A stretch of 64,000 nucleotides of DNA. It comes from Deferribacterales bacterium (GTDB lineage: Bacteria; Chrysiogenota; Deferribacteres; Deferribacterales; Geovibrionaceae). The position numbers were made by a program, and so were the translations under genes. The notes below the pieces were generated by a model that searched no databases, had not been told where the DNA came from, and saw only the letters and a program-made list of their open reading frames with translations. How positions within the stretch are numbered: the stretch's first letter is position 1; each line of letters starts with the position of its first letter. This document shows, in pieces, positions 52,457 through 61,225 of this stretch. The DNA is taken from positions 32,001 to 96,000 of the forward strand of contig JBFWJG010000001.1 of assembly GCA_050253335.1 (NCBI GenBank). The letters run 5' to 3'.

Positions 52457-52614
52457 CCAAGCGATAAGCACCTTAGAACGCTCTGCCCCAACGCTTCCCA
52501 AGAATGCTTACAAGGCTTATGCCAGTTTGATCAGGTGACATGGGTAACGTACAGGCGAATATGCACAAATACACAGGTAACACAGCTTAGGAATTAACGT
52601 CAAAAGAGGTTGAA

Positions 52615-52902
52615 ATGGCAAACAATATACAGAAGTTCGCAAAACTTGTTGATACAGAGGAGTACGGTCAAGTCCTTCTGATGACTCTTTATAACGATGA
52701 GGCAGAACAATATGAGCTTAGATTTATGGTTAATTCAGGCAATCTCACTATTCAGGAATTACGTTGGGGCTTTCTTCCACATGCAACATTAGAAGATATA
52801 TACGACTACTTGATGGATTTTCCTGTTGAGGGAATTGTTGAGGCTATTGGCATGATGATAGAGAGAGCACCTGAAGCATGGATTCAGACGAGGGAGATAT
52901 AA
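52615..52902 (+). CDS. Hypothetical acidic phage protein
   Basis: GAGG RBS, 95 aa. Confidence 0.6.
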   Translation: MANNIQKFAKLVDTEEYGQVLLMTLYNDEAEQYELRFMVNSGNLTIQELRWGFLPHATLEDIYDYLMDFPVEGIVEAIGMMIERAPEAWIQTREI

Positions 52903-52903
52903 G

Positions 52904-53428
52904 GTGCAAGGTACAGGTTTTAAATTAGATACGAGCGAGCTTGAAGATCTTTTCAAGGATCTGTTAGCGAAAATTGCAAATCCTAAACCTGCATTGCGTG
53001 ATATAGGCGAAGCTCTTGTCTCTAGCACAGTCGAACGTCTGTATGATGGTGTCACACCTGAGGGGAAAAAGCAAACACCCGTTAAAAATCGTCCTGGTGA
53101 AACACCCCTATTGGATTCGACAGACTACTCAAGAGGCTTCAAATATGCAGTAGGTAAAGATTGGGTTGTTGTTGGCACGAATAAGCCGCAAGCCCGTCTG
53201 CTGCACAAAGGCGGTGTGCTTGAACCCAAAGTAATCAAATCCAAAGTAGGCAAAGACGGTAAGCGTAAGCCTTTAGCTTTTACCATAGGCGGTAAAAAAG
53301 TCTTTGCCCATAGTGTAAAAATTCCTGCGGTCACAATACCCGCTAGACCGCACATAGGCATAAGTGAAGATGATAAGGAAGAGATAGCCTATCTTATAAG
53401 GCTTTACTTATCAGGAGCAGCAAAATGA
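52904..53428 (+). CDS. Phage virion morphogenesis protein (Mu gpG / P2 gpS family)
   Basis: L..IGE.L..ST..R...G..P.G, VGTN..QA..LH.GG, IPARP.IGIS..D..EI. Confidence 0.85.
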   Translation: MQGTGFKLDTSELEDLFKDLLAKIANPKPALRDIGEALVSSTVERLYDGVTPEGKKQTPVKNRPGETPLLDSTDYSRGFKYAVGKDWVVVGTNKPQARLLHKGGVLEPKVIKSKVGKDGKRKPLAFTIGGKKVFAHSVKIPAVTIPARPHIGISEDDKEEIAYLIRLYLSGAAK

Positions 53429-53589
53429 TAAAAATTTATTTAACAGTATTTTTCGGAACGGTGCTTCTTATGAATGTCTTTAACGGGATTCAACTTATGA
53501 ATCAGAAACCTAACATCATTATAACGGCAATATCTACAGGCATGACAATAGCCCTTTGTATGTTGTTGCTGGCTGCTTTGTGGAAATGA
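53425..53589 (+). CDS. Small two-TM membrane protein (54 aa, below ORF track cutoff)
   Basis: ATGA overlap with the gpG stop, AGGAG RBS; MIKIYLTVFFGTVLLMNVF...IALCMLLLAALWK. Confidence 0.55.
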   Translation: MIKIYLTVFFGTVLLMNVFNGIQLMNQKPNIIITAISTGMTIALCMLLLAALWK

Positions 53590-53598
53590 GGGGGATAT

Positions 53599-53895
53599 AT
53601 GGCTGAAAAAACATACAAGCCCATAGCGGCTGGGTTAAAGATACTCAAAGCTTTAGACATTATCGCAATGAGTTCCGAGCCTGTGACGGTGAAGCGGATA
53701 ACGGAAATGACCGAAGAACCATACGGAACGACCATGACGCACATAGCCACGCTTGAACAGGCTGGCTACATAGAGCGTGTGGGTGACGGATACGCTATCA
53801 CCCTGAAGCTCGGTACGTTCTGGGCAAAGAAAAAGGCAAGCCTTCAAGGGGTAATAACCCGCACACAGGCGGAACTAAGGGAAATAGGAGCATAG
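53599..53895 (+). CDS. IclR-type wHTH protein of Mu-like phages
   Basis: K.L..LD.IA, T...H.ATLEQAGYIER. Confidence 0.75.
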   Translation: MAEKTYKPIAAGLKILKALDIIAMSSEPVTVKRITEMTEEPYGTTMTHIATLEQAGYIERVGDGYAITLKLGTFWAKKKASLQGVITRTQAELREIGA

Positions 53896-53898
53896 GTT

Positions 53899-54897
53899 AT
53901 GAAGCGTGATATTGAATACGAACAGGCACAGCTTGAGGCGGCTGATGACATAGCAGAGATGGAGCTTGCCAAGGTTCAGCAGGTGAAATCAGAGCAACCG
54001 CATAATCAGCAGGAAAGAGAGGCGTTGATTGCGGAAGCGTACAGGCTGACAGGTAGAATTGAAGCATTTTCGACTTTTGCAAAATTTGCCGATGTCGGCA
54101 CTTTGATTATGCTTAAACAAATCAAAGACAACAAGATTTATAAAGATATGCCAAGTCTTGGTACATGGGAAAATTATTGTCAATCAATAGGAATGTCAAG
54201 GAGCAAAGTAGATGAAGACCTCAAAAACCTTGAAATGTTTGGCGAAGCTTTTTTAGCCGACATCGGCAGTTTTGGACTTGGCTATCGTGAACTTCGCAAG
54301 CTCCGCTCCGCCGCTTCGGAAGGAACACTTTCCATAACCGACAATTCTATCACTATCGAAGTGATAGACGGCGAAACAACCAAGCAGGAGACCATACCGT
54401 TGAACGACAAGGACGAGCTGAAGGAAGCCCTTGAGCGTATCATCACCGCCAAAGATGAAGCTCTTGCCGCTAAAGACCGTGAGCTGAAGGCGCAGGAAAA
54501 GCTAACAGAGTTCAACAAAAACGAGTGGGATAAAAGCGAAAAACAACTTCTTACAGCCACAAAAGAGCTTAATAAGCTGACTGGCAAGGGTGTTATAAAC
54601 GGCGTACCTTCTGATGATTACCCCATCTTCTCAAGGCTTTCAAGCGTTGCTTCGGACATAACGGGCATTTATGCAGAGCTGAAGCAGATTCATGCGGAAA
54701 CGCTTTCTGACAACAACACCCAGTATCTCCACGGAACAATCATGTACATGGTTCAACTTGCCAGTGAGCTTTCATTCCTTGTGCCTGCGGGCATAGGAGA
54801 CATGGAGGCAACGCCCGATGAAATTGACGAGATAGCAGACGGTTTACCTCTCCCCGGCATACGCAACCTGCCTAATTACGGAAAGGCTGAAAGGTAA
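53899..54897 (+). CDS. DUF3102-like protein preceding the Mu-like transposase
   Basis: L..IK..K.YK...TWE.YC..IGMSRSKVDEDL.NL..FGE.F....GLGYR.LRKLR. Confidence 0.65.
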   Translation: MKRDIEYEQAQLEAADDIAEMELAKVQQVKSEQPHNQQEREALIAEAYRLTGRIEAFSTFAKFADVGTLIMLKQIKDNKIYKDMPSLGTWENYCQSIGMSRSKVDEDLKNLEMFGEAFLADIGSFGLGYRELRKLRSAASEGTLSITDNSITIEVIDGETTKQETIPLNDKDELKEALERIITAKDEALAAKDRELKAQEKLTEFNKNEWDKSEKQLLTATKELNKLTGKGVINGVPSDDYPIFSRLSSVASDITGIYAELKQIHAETLSDNNTQYLHGTIMYMVQLASELSFLVPAGIGDMEATPDEIDEIADGLPLPGIRNLPNYGKAER

Positions 54898-54901
54898 GCA
54901 T

Positions 54902-56683
54902 ATGTCACCTGAAGCTCTGAATCACATAAAAACCTCTCTTGAGACCTGCGAAACGCCTAAGGAACGCACCATCGAAGCCGCAAGGTTGAGTGAGTTCTAC
55001 GGTATTTCTACCGCTTCATTTTGGAGATGGGCAAACAAGGCGGGTTTTCGGGTGCGTTCGGCACGCTCCGACAGGGGTAAAAGCGAGCTGACAGATGACG
55101 AGTTGAAGCTTATAGCCGCTAGAGTGCTTGTGGGCAAGCAGTTAAGGAACAAGTTTACCAACTCCGTTAAAAACGCCCTTGAGGAGCTTGCAAGAGAGGG
55201 GTTCACCTTCCCTGTGGGGTATGAACGTATATGCTCACTGCTTCGTGAAAAGGGGTACGACAAGGAGAGCTTGGCGACTATTCCGCCCCATGTAAGGCTT
55301 ATCTCAAAGCACCCGAACGAGACATGGCAGTTTGATGTTACCAACTGCTTACAGTGGCATTTGGACAAGAAAACAGGGCTTACAGAGCGTGATTTGGAGA
55401 TGAATTTCTACAGCAACAAGGCTGTGAAGTTTCTTAAAACCATCAAAAGGGAGCTTCTCCGCTTCGTTATGGTTGACCATTGCACGGGTGCTTTTTTCTT
55501 CTGGTATTACTATGTTCCCGGCGAACGTGCAGAGGAAGGGGCGGACTTCTTTTATAAGGCTTTTGCTAGGAAAGACAGCCTCATACAGACCTATCTGAAC
55601 TCTGAAACAGGCATGTACCAGATGCACGGAGTACCTTTCAGGCTTGTTTCCGACAAGGGGTCAATCCTTAGGCATAAGTCTATTATCAACCTTATGGACG
55701 CTCTTGATGTGAAGATTGAGCTTCATGCCGCAGGCAACCCAAGGGCAAAAGGCAAGGTTGAACGCCTTATGCGCACCATAGGCACTAAGTTTGAAACAAT
55801 CCTGAAAGTACGCCGACCTGTAGACCTTGCCGAGCTGAACCGATGGGCATTGGCATGGTGCATTAACCATAATCAGACCTTCGTGAGCAAAAAGAAGGAG
55901 CTTCCTGCCGCTGAATACTGGCTGAAGATAAGGCAGACAGAACTTAGGCTTTGCCCTCCCGAAGAGCTTTTTAAGACCCTTATACACAGGGCGGATTATG
56001 AAAGAACGGTTGACGGCAGTGGGCATATATCATTCCACGGACGGGAGTATTTTATCAAAGATGTCAACGCCGTACGCAAGAAGGTTAAGGTCACTATCAA
56101 TGCCTATGAATACCCACTGATTGATATTCATTTTGACGGGCATGTATGGAAGACCGCCCCTATAGGAACAGACGAATACGACAGGCTGATAAGCCCTGCA
56201 AACGTTGAATACGGCACTTACAGGGCATTACCCCATACCATCACGCAAAAGCATATCAGCGAGCTTGAACAGGTGGCTATAGACAACTTTGGAGTCGGTT
56301 TTAAGGGTAATAAGCAGAAACGCCAGTCCATAGCCCCAGAACGAGGCAAAGAGAAGATTAAACCTATGGATAAGGTCATTCAGCCTGAGAAGGTTCACCA
56401 TCTTCAGAAACAGGGCATTGAGCTTGTAACGCCTGATATCCATGCACCTTTGACGGAAAAAGAGGAAAGGCACTACACCGTTACGCTTCTGTTTGACACT
56501 GGTGAAAAACGCCTTAGCACAACCGACTTGATACTCCGTATTGTTCGGGAGGTTCGTAAGCTCTCGGTTGAGGAAAATAAAGCGATAAAAGCACGTTGGA
56601 AGAACGGAGTAACAGCCACAGAGGCAGACCAAATTATACAGAACATGCTGGAGGTGACACATGCCGAGAGTAATTACAGCTAA
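54902..56683 (+). CDS. MuA-like DDE transposase
   Basis: R..RSDRG, HPNE.WQFD (D1), SDKGS (D2), GNPRAKGKVER (E). Confidence 0.9.
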   Translation: MSPEALNHIKTSLETCETPKERTIEAARLSEFYGISTASFWRWANKAGFRVRSARSDRGKSELTDDELKLIAARVLVGKQLRNKFTNSVKNALEELAREGFTFPVGYERICSLLREKGYDKESLATIPPHVRLISKHPNETWQFDVTNCLQWHLDKKTGLTERDLEMNFYSNKAVKFLKTIKRELLRFVMVDHCTGAFFFWYYYVPGERAEEGADFFYKAFARKDSLIQTYLNSETGMYQMHGVPFRLVSDKGSILRHKSIINLMDALDVKIELHAAGNPRAKGKVERLMRTIGTKFETILKVRRPVDLAELNRWALAWCINHNQTFVSKKKELPAAEYWLKIRQTELRLCPPEELFKTLIHRADYERTVDGSGHISFHGREYFIKDVNAVRKKVKVTINAYEYPLIDIHFDGHVWKTAPIGTDEYDRLISPANVEYGTYRALPHTITQKHISELEQVAIDNFGVGFKGNKQKRQSIAPERGKEKIKPMDKVIQPEKVHHLQKQGIELVTPDIHAPLTEKEERHYTVTLLFDTGEKRLSTTDLILRIVREVRKLSVEENKAIKARWKNGVTATEADQIIQNMLEVTHAESNYS

Positions 56684-57866
56684 TGCACGGGAAATCAACC
56701 TAAAACGGATAATACAGGCTGCACGTATGACGCAGGAAGGTTTCCGTACCATGTTGGCAGAGGAAGCGCAGATAGATATAGCGCAGTCAAGCTTCAAGCT
56801 GCTTCTGCAAAAAGGGATTATCCCTAAATGGATAGATAAGAAGCAGGTTGAAGGCTTTGTCATGACAAGGCTGCCTTTCGTTATGCAGTCACAGGAACTG
56901 ACAGCCCCGCAGATATGGGATTATGCGGAGCAGGAACAGGGTAAAAGGTTCGTGTTTGAAGCAAGCGAAGACGATTATGCCAAAAAGTTAAAAACATACA
57001 TGGAGATTACTATGCTTAGATTGGATACAATGAGGCATTTCAAACTGGCTCAGAACCCTTTCATTTTGGATATACGCAGAGAGAGCGAGATATTCATGGG
57101 TTCATCTCATCAATTCGCCTTTGAAGTGATGAAACAGACGGCGGAAACAGGCGGGTTTGCCGTTATCACGGGTGAAGTCGGAGCGGGTAAATCAACCGTT
57201 CGCCGCAAGTTTTTTGAGGACTCAAGGCAGAATAAGATTTGCCAGATTATTTACCCTGAATCAATCGACAAATCACGTTTGACTGCTAAGGACGTTCTGT
57301 ATTCCATCATCTACGACCTGACCGAAGCCAAGCCGCAGGGCAATAAAGAAGCCCTAAGCAGGCAGGCAAAGGCACTGCTGCTTGCCAGAAGCAACAACAA
57401 TGAGCGTACGGTTCTGGTTATCGAAGAGGCTCACGACCTGCCTGTTACCACCTTGAAGTTTCTTAAGCGCATATGGGAGCTTGAAAACGGTTTACAGAGG
57501 CTTTTAGGCATTATTCTCATAGGTCAGAATGAGCTTGAGACAAGGCTTTACGGACGAAACAGTACGGAGATAAGGGAAGTGACCGCAAGAACCGCTCATG
57601 CAAGGGTTGAAGCTCTCGGCAAGGAAATGCCTTCTTACATAGCTCACAAGTTCAAATGCGCTAAGGCAGATGTGAACAGGATTATTTCACCTGAAGCACT
57701 TAAGCTTTTGGTTGACTGTATGAAGATAACCGACCGTATGGGCAAAGAAAAATCAATGGGGTATCCGCTCTTTGTGAGCAATGTGATGATAAGGCTTATG
57801 AACTACGCAGCAGAAGCGGGGGAAGAGCTTATAACCCCTGAAATAATAGAGACGGTAGGAGTTTAG
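56661..57866 (+). CDS. MuB-like / ExeA-family AAA transposition ATPase with N-terminal extension
   Basis: NPF, GEVGAGKST, VLVIEEAH, ILIGQ.EL; overlaps the transposase end. Confidence 0.88.
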   Translation: MPRVITANAREINLKRIIQAARMTQEGFRTMLAEEAQIDIAQSSFKLLLQKGIIPKWIDKKQVEGFVMTRLPFVMQSQELTAPQIWDYAEQEQGKRFVFEASEDDYAKKLKTYMEITMLRLDTMRHFKLAQNPFILDIRRESEIFMGSSHQFAFEVMKQTAETGGFAVITGEVGAGKSTVRRKFFEDSRQNKICQIIYPESIDKSRLTAKDVLYSIIYDLTEAKPQGNKEALSRQAKALLLARSNNNERTVLVIEEAHDLPVTTLKFLKRIWELENGLQRLLGIILIGQNELETRLYGRNSTEIREVTARTAHARVEALGKEMPSYIAHKFKCAKADVNRIISPEALKLLVDCMKITDRMGKEKSMGYPLFVSNVMIRLMNYAAEAGEELITPEIIETVGV

Positions 57867-57867
57867 C

Positions 57868-58233
57868 ATGGAAAGAGTAGGCATATTTATTATCAGGTAT
57901 GACGGGCGTTTTATGGTTATGCCTGACGGTACGGGAACGTTAAGAGGCTTTTTAGAAGAAGGGGAGACCCCAACCGATGCGGCAGTCAGAGTTTTGGCGA
58001 ACTCTGCCCCATGCGGCTACACAGGCTCTCCCGTGTTTGTTATATCCGAAAAAACAGAGGTTGCGAAGGATTATCTGTTTGCCGTCCGTGCGGCAAAGCA
58101 TGACGGCAGATTTTTGAGCCACAAAGAACCTACGGATATGGTTCAGTGCTTAGCTTGGACTTCTCTGCGTCAGGCTGAAAAGAAAGAAAAATATGTAAAG
58201 AAACAAATAGCTGATAAGGCGGTGAACTCATGA
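57868..58233 (+). CDS. Nudix-fold-like protein with degenerate Nudix box
   Basis: GFLEEGETPTDAAVRVLANS matches G-x5-E-x7-R but lacks the catalytic Glu residues. Confidence 0.5.
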   Translation: MERVGIFIIRYDGRFMVMPDGTGTLRGFLEEGETPTDAAVRVLANSAPCGYTGSPVFVISEKTEVAKDYLFAVRAAKHDGRFLSHKEPTDMVQCLAWTSLRQAEKKEKYVKKQIADKAVNS

Positions 58234-58436
58234 GCTACACACATAACATGACAAACGCAGAACGGCTTAGAGAGCTGGCTAAACTAAGCAGCACGGTTGG
58301 TGAGTTTCAGGACAAAGCCATATCGGGCGTAATGCTGAAAATGACTTTATCAGAGTTTGAAACAGAGCTGGAAACCATGAAGGTAGGGGATCTGCACGAC
58401 TACTTTGAAAAGGTCAAAAACGGAGATGGAAAATGA
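58230..58436 (+). CDS. Hypothetical phage protein
   Basis: ATGA-coupled on both sides. Confidence 0.6.
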   Translation: MSYTHNMTNAERLRELAKLSSTVGEFQDKAISGVMLKMTLSEFETELETMKVGDLHDYFEKVKNGDGK

Positions 58437-58918
58437 CCATACAAAACTGGAACGATGTTGATAAGGCACTCCGCCTTATCGGTGAAAAAGAAATAGCACT
58501 GGCAAATATAGACGGCGATATGACGCTTAAAATAAACGCTGTGAAAGAGGACGCAAAACAAGCAGCCGAAACCATAGCCATAGAGAAAAAGGAGCTTGAA
58601 AAGGCTGTAGAGGGCTTTTGTGAGGCGAATAAGGCTGAGTTTGCCCTTAAACGCAGCAAAGAACTTACTTTCGGTGAGATAGGTTACAGGCTGGTTAAGT
58701 CCGTATCCATTCCAAGAGTTAAAACTAAGCTTGAATCACTCATAAAGAGCTTAAAGGTTTTCGGGCTTTCCGACTGCATTACATACACCGAAGCAGTGGA
58801 CAAGGACAAGCTTACGGAATTGAAAGATGAAGACCTTGTAAAGCTCGGTTTAAAGCGCACCGTCAAGGATTCGTTCCGTATCAAAACCAACATTGAGAAG
58901 GTTAAGGAAGTCGGTTGA
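58433..58918 (+). CDS. gam: Host-nuclease inhibitor Gam family protein
   Basis: I.NWNDVD.AL..IGE, FC..NK.EF...RS.EL.FG.IGYR, E.VDK..L. Confidence 0.85.
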   Translation: MTIQNWNDVDKALRLIGEKEIALANIDGDMTLKINAVKEDAKQAAETIAIEKKELEKAVEGFCEANKAEFALKRSKELTFGEIGYRLVKSVSIPRVKTKLESLIKSLKVFGLSDCITYTEAVDKDKLTELKDEDLVKLGLKRTVKDSFRIKTNIEKVKEVG

Positions 58919-58949
58919 ACCCCAAGTACCAATTTAGCAGGAGATAGCT

Positions 58950-59237
58950 ATGAACACGAAAAGTCAGACGGTTTTCAATCAAAGCTTCCAAGAGGTTGTA
59001 GAGGTTGTGGGTATGGAAGGGGCGATAAAGCTTTGTGAAGTCTTTGGTGGGCTTGAAATATACATTCCAAAAATGGACTACCTAAAACGCTTGGAGAGGA
59101 ACAGAGCTATAGTTGACGCTTATGACGGTACTCAAGCTTCTATTGCCCTGCTTGCTAAAGAATACCAGCTTTCTTCAAACCAAATCAGAGTGATTTTGAG
59201 AGGAAGGAAGACACGAAATAAGGAGATTGAAGCATGA
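58950..59237 (+). CDS. mor: Mor/C family transcription activator
   Basis: G.E.A.KL...FGG..IYIPK...RNR.I...YDG....LA.EY.LS..QIR.IL. Confidence 0.88.
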   Translation: MNTKSQTVFNQSFQEVVEVVGMEGAIKLCEVFGGLEIYIPKMDYLKRLERNRAIVDAYDGTQASIALLAKEYQLSSNQIRVILRGRKTRNKEIEA

Positions 59238-59752
59238 GCAATAGGAAATATTACACTCTTACGGGAGAAAGTCTTAAAAAGGTTAAAGTATTTGTTGATG
59301 AGCTTCAGGCAGTCTTTAAGAAAAGGAATGAGTACATGAAAATAAACAATTTCGCAGGACTCACGCATGGCGGTGGAGTTGTTAGCGGAGTGATTTTGAA
59401 GGAACAATCTGACGATAAAAAGTGGCGAAAAAGAAAAAAGGCTTCGCAGTACGGATACGCTCATTACCCATCAAACACAAAAGAAGGCAAAAAGATTTCA
59501 GGTGAGCTAAGCAGACTTAGAGGAAAGGATATGATGGCTTTCAGCGATGAATTTAACCTGCCTTTAGCGTTTACAATGGAAGGCTTATACACATCGGCAG
59601 TTCATCTTGTAGGCGAAAACATTATTTTGACTGTTCCAGAGCCAGAAGAAATTAAGCCTGAACACCCTTTTTTCAAAGACGCTACCCTGCTTAAGCTAAG
59701 CGAGTATTACGCACTCAAAGAGCAGGTGCTAGAAGCCGAAACGCCCCGCTAG
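59234..59752 (+). CDS. Hypothetical phage protein
   Basis: ATGA-coupled; its stop codon overlaps loop III of hammerhead 1. Confidence 0.65.
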   Translation: MSNRKYYTLTGESLKKVKVFVDELQAVFKKRNEYMKINNFAGLTHGGGVVSGVILKEQSDDKKWRKRKKASQYGYAHYPSNTKEGKKISGELSRLRGKDMMAFSDEFNLPLAFTMEGLYTSAVHLVGENIILTVPEPEEIKPEHPFFKDATLLKLSEYYALKEQVLEAETPR

Positions 59753-59791
59753 GGGTGTCTGGTGGGAGTAACCGCCCATCACTGACGAGGC
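59735..59791 (+). ncRNA. Type II hammerhead ribozyme 1
   Basis: GCC-GAAA, stem III ACGCCCC/GGGGTGT, GUC (cleavage after 59759), stem I TGGTGGG/CCCATCA, CUGACGA, GGC closing stem II. Confidence 0.9.
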
Positions 59792-59808
59792 AGGTTAAGG
59801 AGTTATCC

Positions 59809-59970
59809 ATGTGGAAATATATTGTTGGCTGGTTCATCGTGAACACTGTTTTTGCTATCTACGAAGAAATCGTATATGGCAAAGCTTTCGTACATATTTT
59901 TGACATTCTTAATGTGCTTTTTTGGGGTGGTTTGTATCTCCTTGAACTTTTCGGAGGAGCATATGAATAG
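59809..59970 (+). CDS. Small two-TM membrane protein
   Basis: AAGGAG RBS right after hammerhead 1; hydrophobic 53 aa. Confidence 0.6.
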   Translation: MWKYIVGWFIVNTVFAIYEEIVYGKAFVHIFDILNVLFWGGLYLLELFGGAYE

Positions 59971-60523
59971 GGTAACGGCAAAGCAGGTTCAGCTGATTCA
60001 TATAGCCAAAAAGCAGCTTGAAATATGCGATGACGATTACCGCAGTATTTTGAATGAATACTTCAAAGTTAGGAGTTCTAAAGACCTTACGGAACGTCAG
60101 GCTGAAAGACTGATTACTCATTTCAGGCAAAAAGGTTTCCGTATAAACACCGCCAAGAAAGCCAAGCCTACAGGCTCTACTATTATCGCTTTCCCTACAT
60201 CATTTCAGCTTGAGCTTATAGAGGTTTTAAAAAGCAATATCGTATGGAAAGCAGGATTTGAGGGGTTTCAGCTTTGGCTTGAAAAGCGAATGAGGATTAA
60301 GAAAATTCGCACAAAGCAAGAGGCGGCAAAAGTCATTGAAGGCTTGAAAGCCATGCTTGGGATTGATGCCGAGATAATCAAAATGAAATCGCTGCCTTTC
60401 CCTATATGCCTTGATGAAGCCTACTTTATAGATAACTTCACGGGTGAGGTTCTGCCCTTCAGGTGGGTTTATGACATTGAAAAAAGAAAGCTTATCAGAA
60501 TTGAAAACTCTATATGGAGATAA
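59963..60523 (+). CDS. GemA / DUF1018 regulatory protein
   Basis: Q..LIHIAK.QL...DD.YR..L......SSKDLT; A.KVIEGLKAM. Confidence 0.85.
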   Translation: MNRVTAKQVQLIHIAKKQLEICDDDYRSILNEYFKVRSSKDLTERQAERLITHFRQKGFRINTAKKAKPTGSTIIAFPTSFQLELIEVLKSNIVWKAGFEGFQLWLEKRMRIKKIRTKQEAAKVIEGLKAMLGIDAEIIKMKSLPFPICLDEAYFIDNFTGEVLPFRWVYDIEKRKLIRIENSIWR

Positions 60524-60525
60524 AT

Positions 60526-60714
60526 ATGAGAATAACTTGTACTGCACAGATTCGCCCTTACTGCTTTTTTGGAACGGGGAAGTGCTGCCTTGCTTGTCCG
60601 TTAAACCAGAAGTGCCGCGAAGAAAATAAAAAGAAAGGTTGTAAGCTTATACCTTGCGGTGATGAACACGCCGAATCTTTAAAAGAGTGTGGATTCTGCT
60701 CCATTGAGAAGTAA
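60526..60714 (+). CDS. Small cysteine-rich protein (10 Cys in 62 aa)
   Basis: GGAG RBS; CC..C, C..C pattern. Confidence 0.55.
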   Translation: MRITCTAQIRPYCFFGTGKCCLACPLNQKCREENKKKGCKLIPCGDEHAESLKECGFCSIEK

Positions 60715-60753
60715 GTGAAGATCTTAACAAAATTATATAAAAAGGAGATTAAA

Positions 60754-61221
60754 ATGAAAAACTGGGAAGACGTTTCAGCCGGAATAAGCAGGCTGACCGC
60801 AATTAAGCACGAAAAAAAGCAATTAAAAATCACAGCCGGAAGAGTGGCGGACAGTGTTATTAACGAACTTGTCAAAAGAAGAGACGATGAAATCAACGCA
60901 ATCAGAATGAAGTACGCTGAACTTATTCCGCAGGAACAGGCAAAAACGATAAAAGAGATCTCTTCCAAAAAAGACAAGCTCAATGAAGAAGCTTTTGAGC
61001 TTGAAGAATCTATAAAAGATTACGTGCTTCAAAGCAAGGAAACAAAGGAGATAAAAGAGCTAATCGAACAGCCATACAAAAGAGATGACAATTCACCGTA
61101 TGAGTTTAATAAGACCTTCAGAGAGGGGAGTATATACTATCGGAACAACCTTCCTTTCACCATACCTCCGTCATATTCAAGAAGTGAAGAGATTCAGATT
61201 ATATTGAATTGTGATAGGTGA
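60754..61221 (+). CDS. Divergent Gam-like coiled-coil protein
   Basis: AAGGAG RBS; MKNWEDVSAGISRL resembles the Gam N-terminus; LEESIKDYV and KTF.EG.I.YR echo the Gam C-terminal half. Confidence 0.55.
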   Translation: MKNWEDVSAGISRLTAIKHEKKQLKITAGRVADSVINELVKRRDDEINAIRMKYAELIPQEQAKTIKEISSKKDKLNEEAFELEESIKDYVLQSKETKEIKELIEQPYKRDDNSPYEFNKTFREGSIYYRNNLPFTIPPSYSRSEEIQIILNCDR

Positions 61222-61225
61222 ATCA

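Noticed and set aside
52457..52614. Third ribozyme or ncRNA in the early-operon intergenic gap
   Set aside because: No CUGAnGA/GAAA core or convincing stems were found by eye; an Infernal scan is needed to exclude other classes.
56661..57866. Type II secretion ExeA ATPase
   Set aside because: It overlaps a MuA-like transposase within a phage gene cluster, so a MuB role is far more likely.
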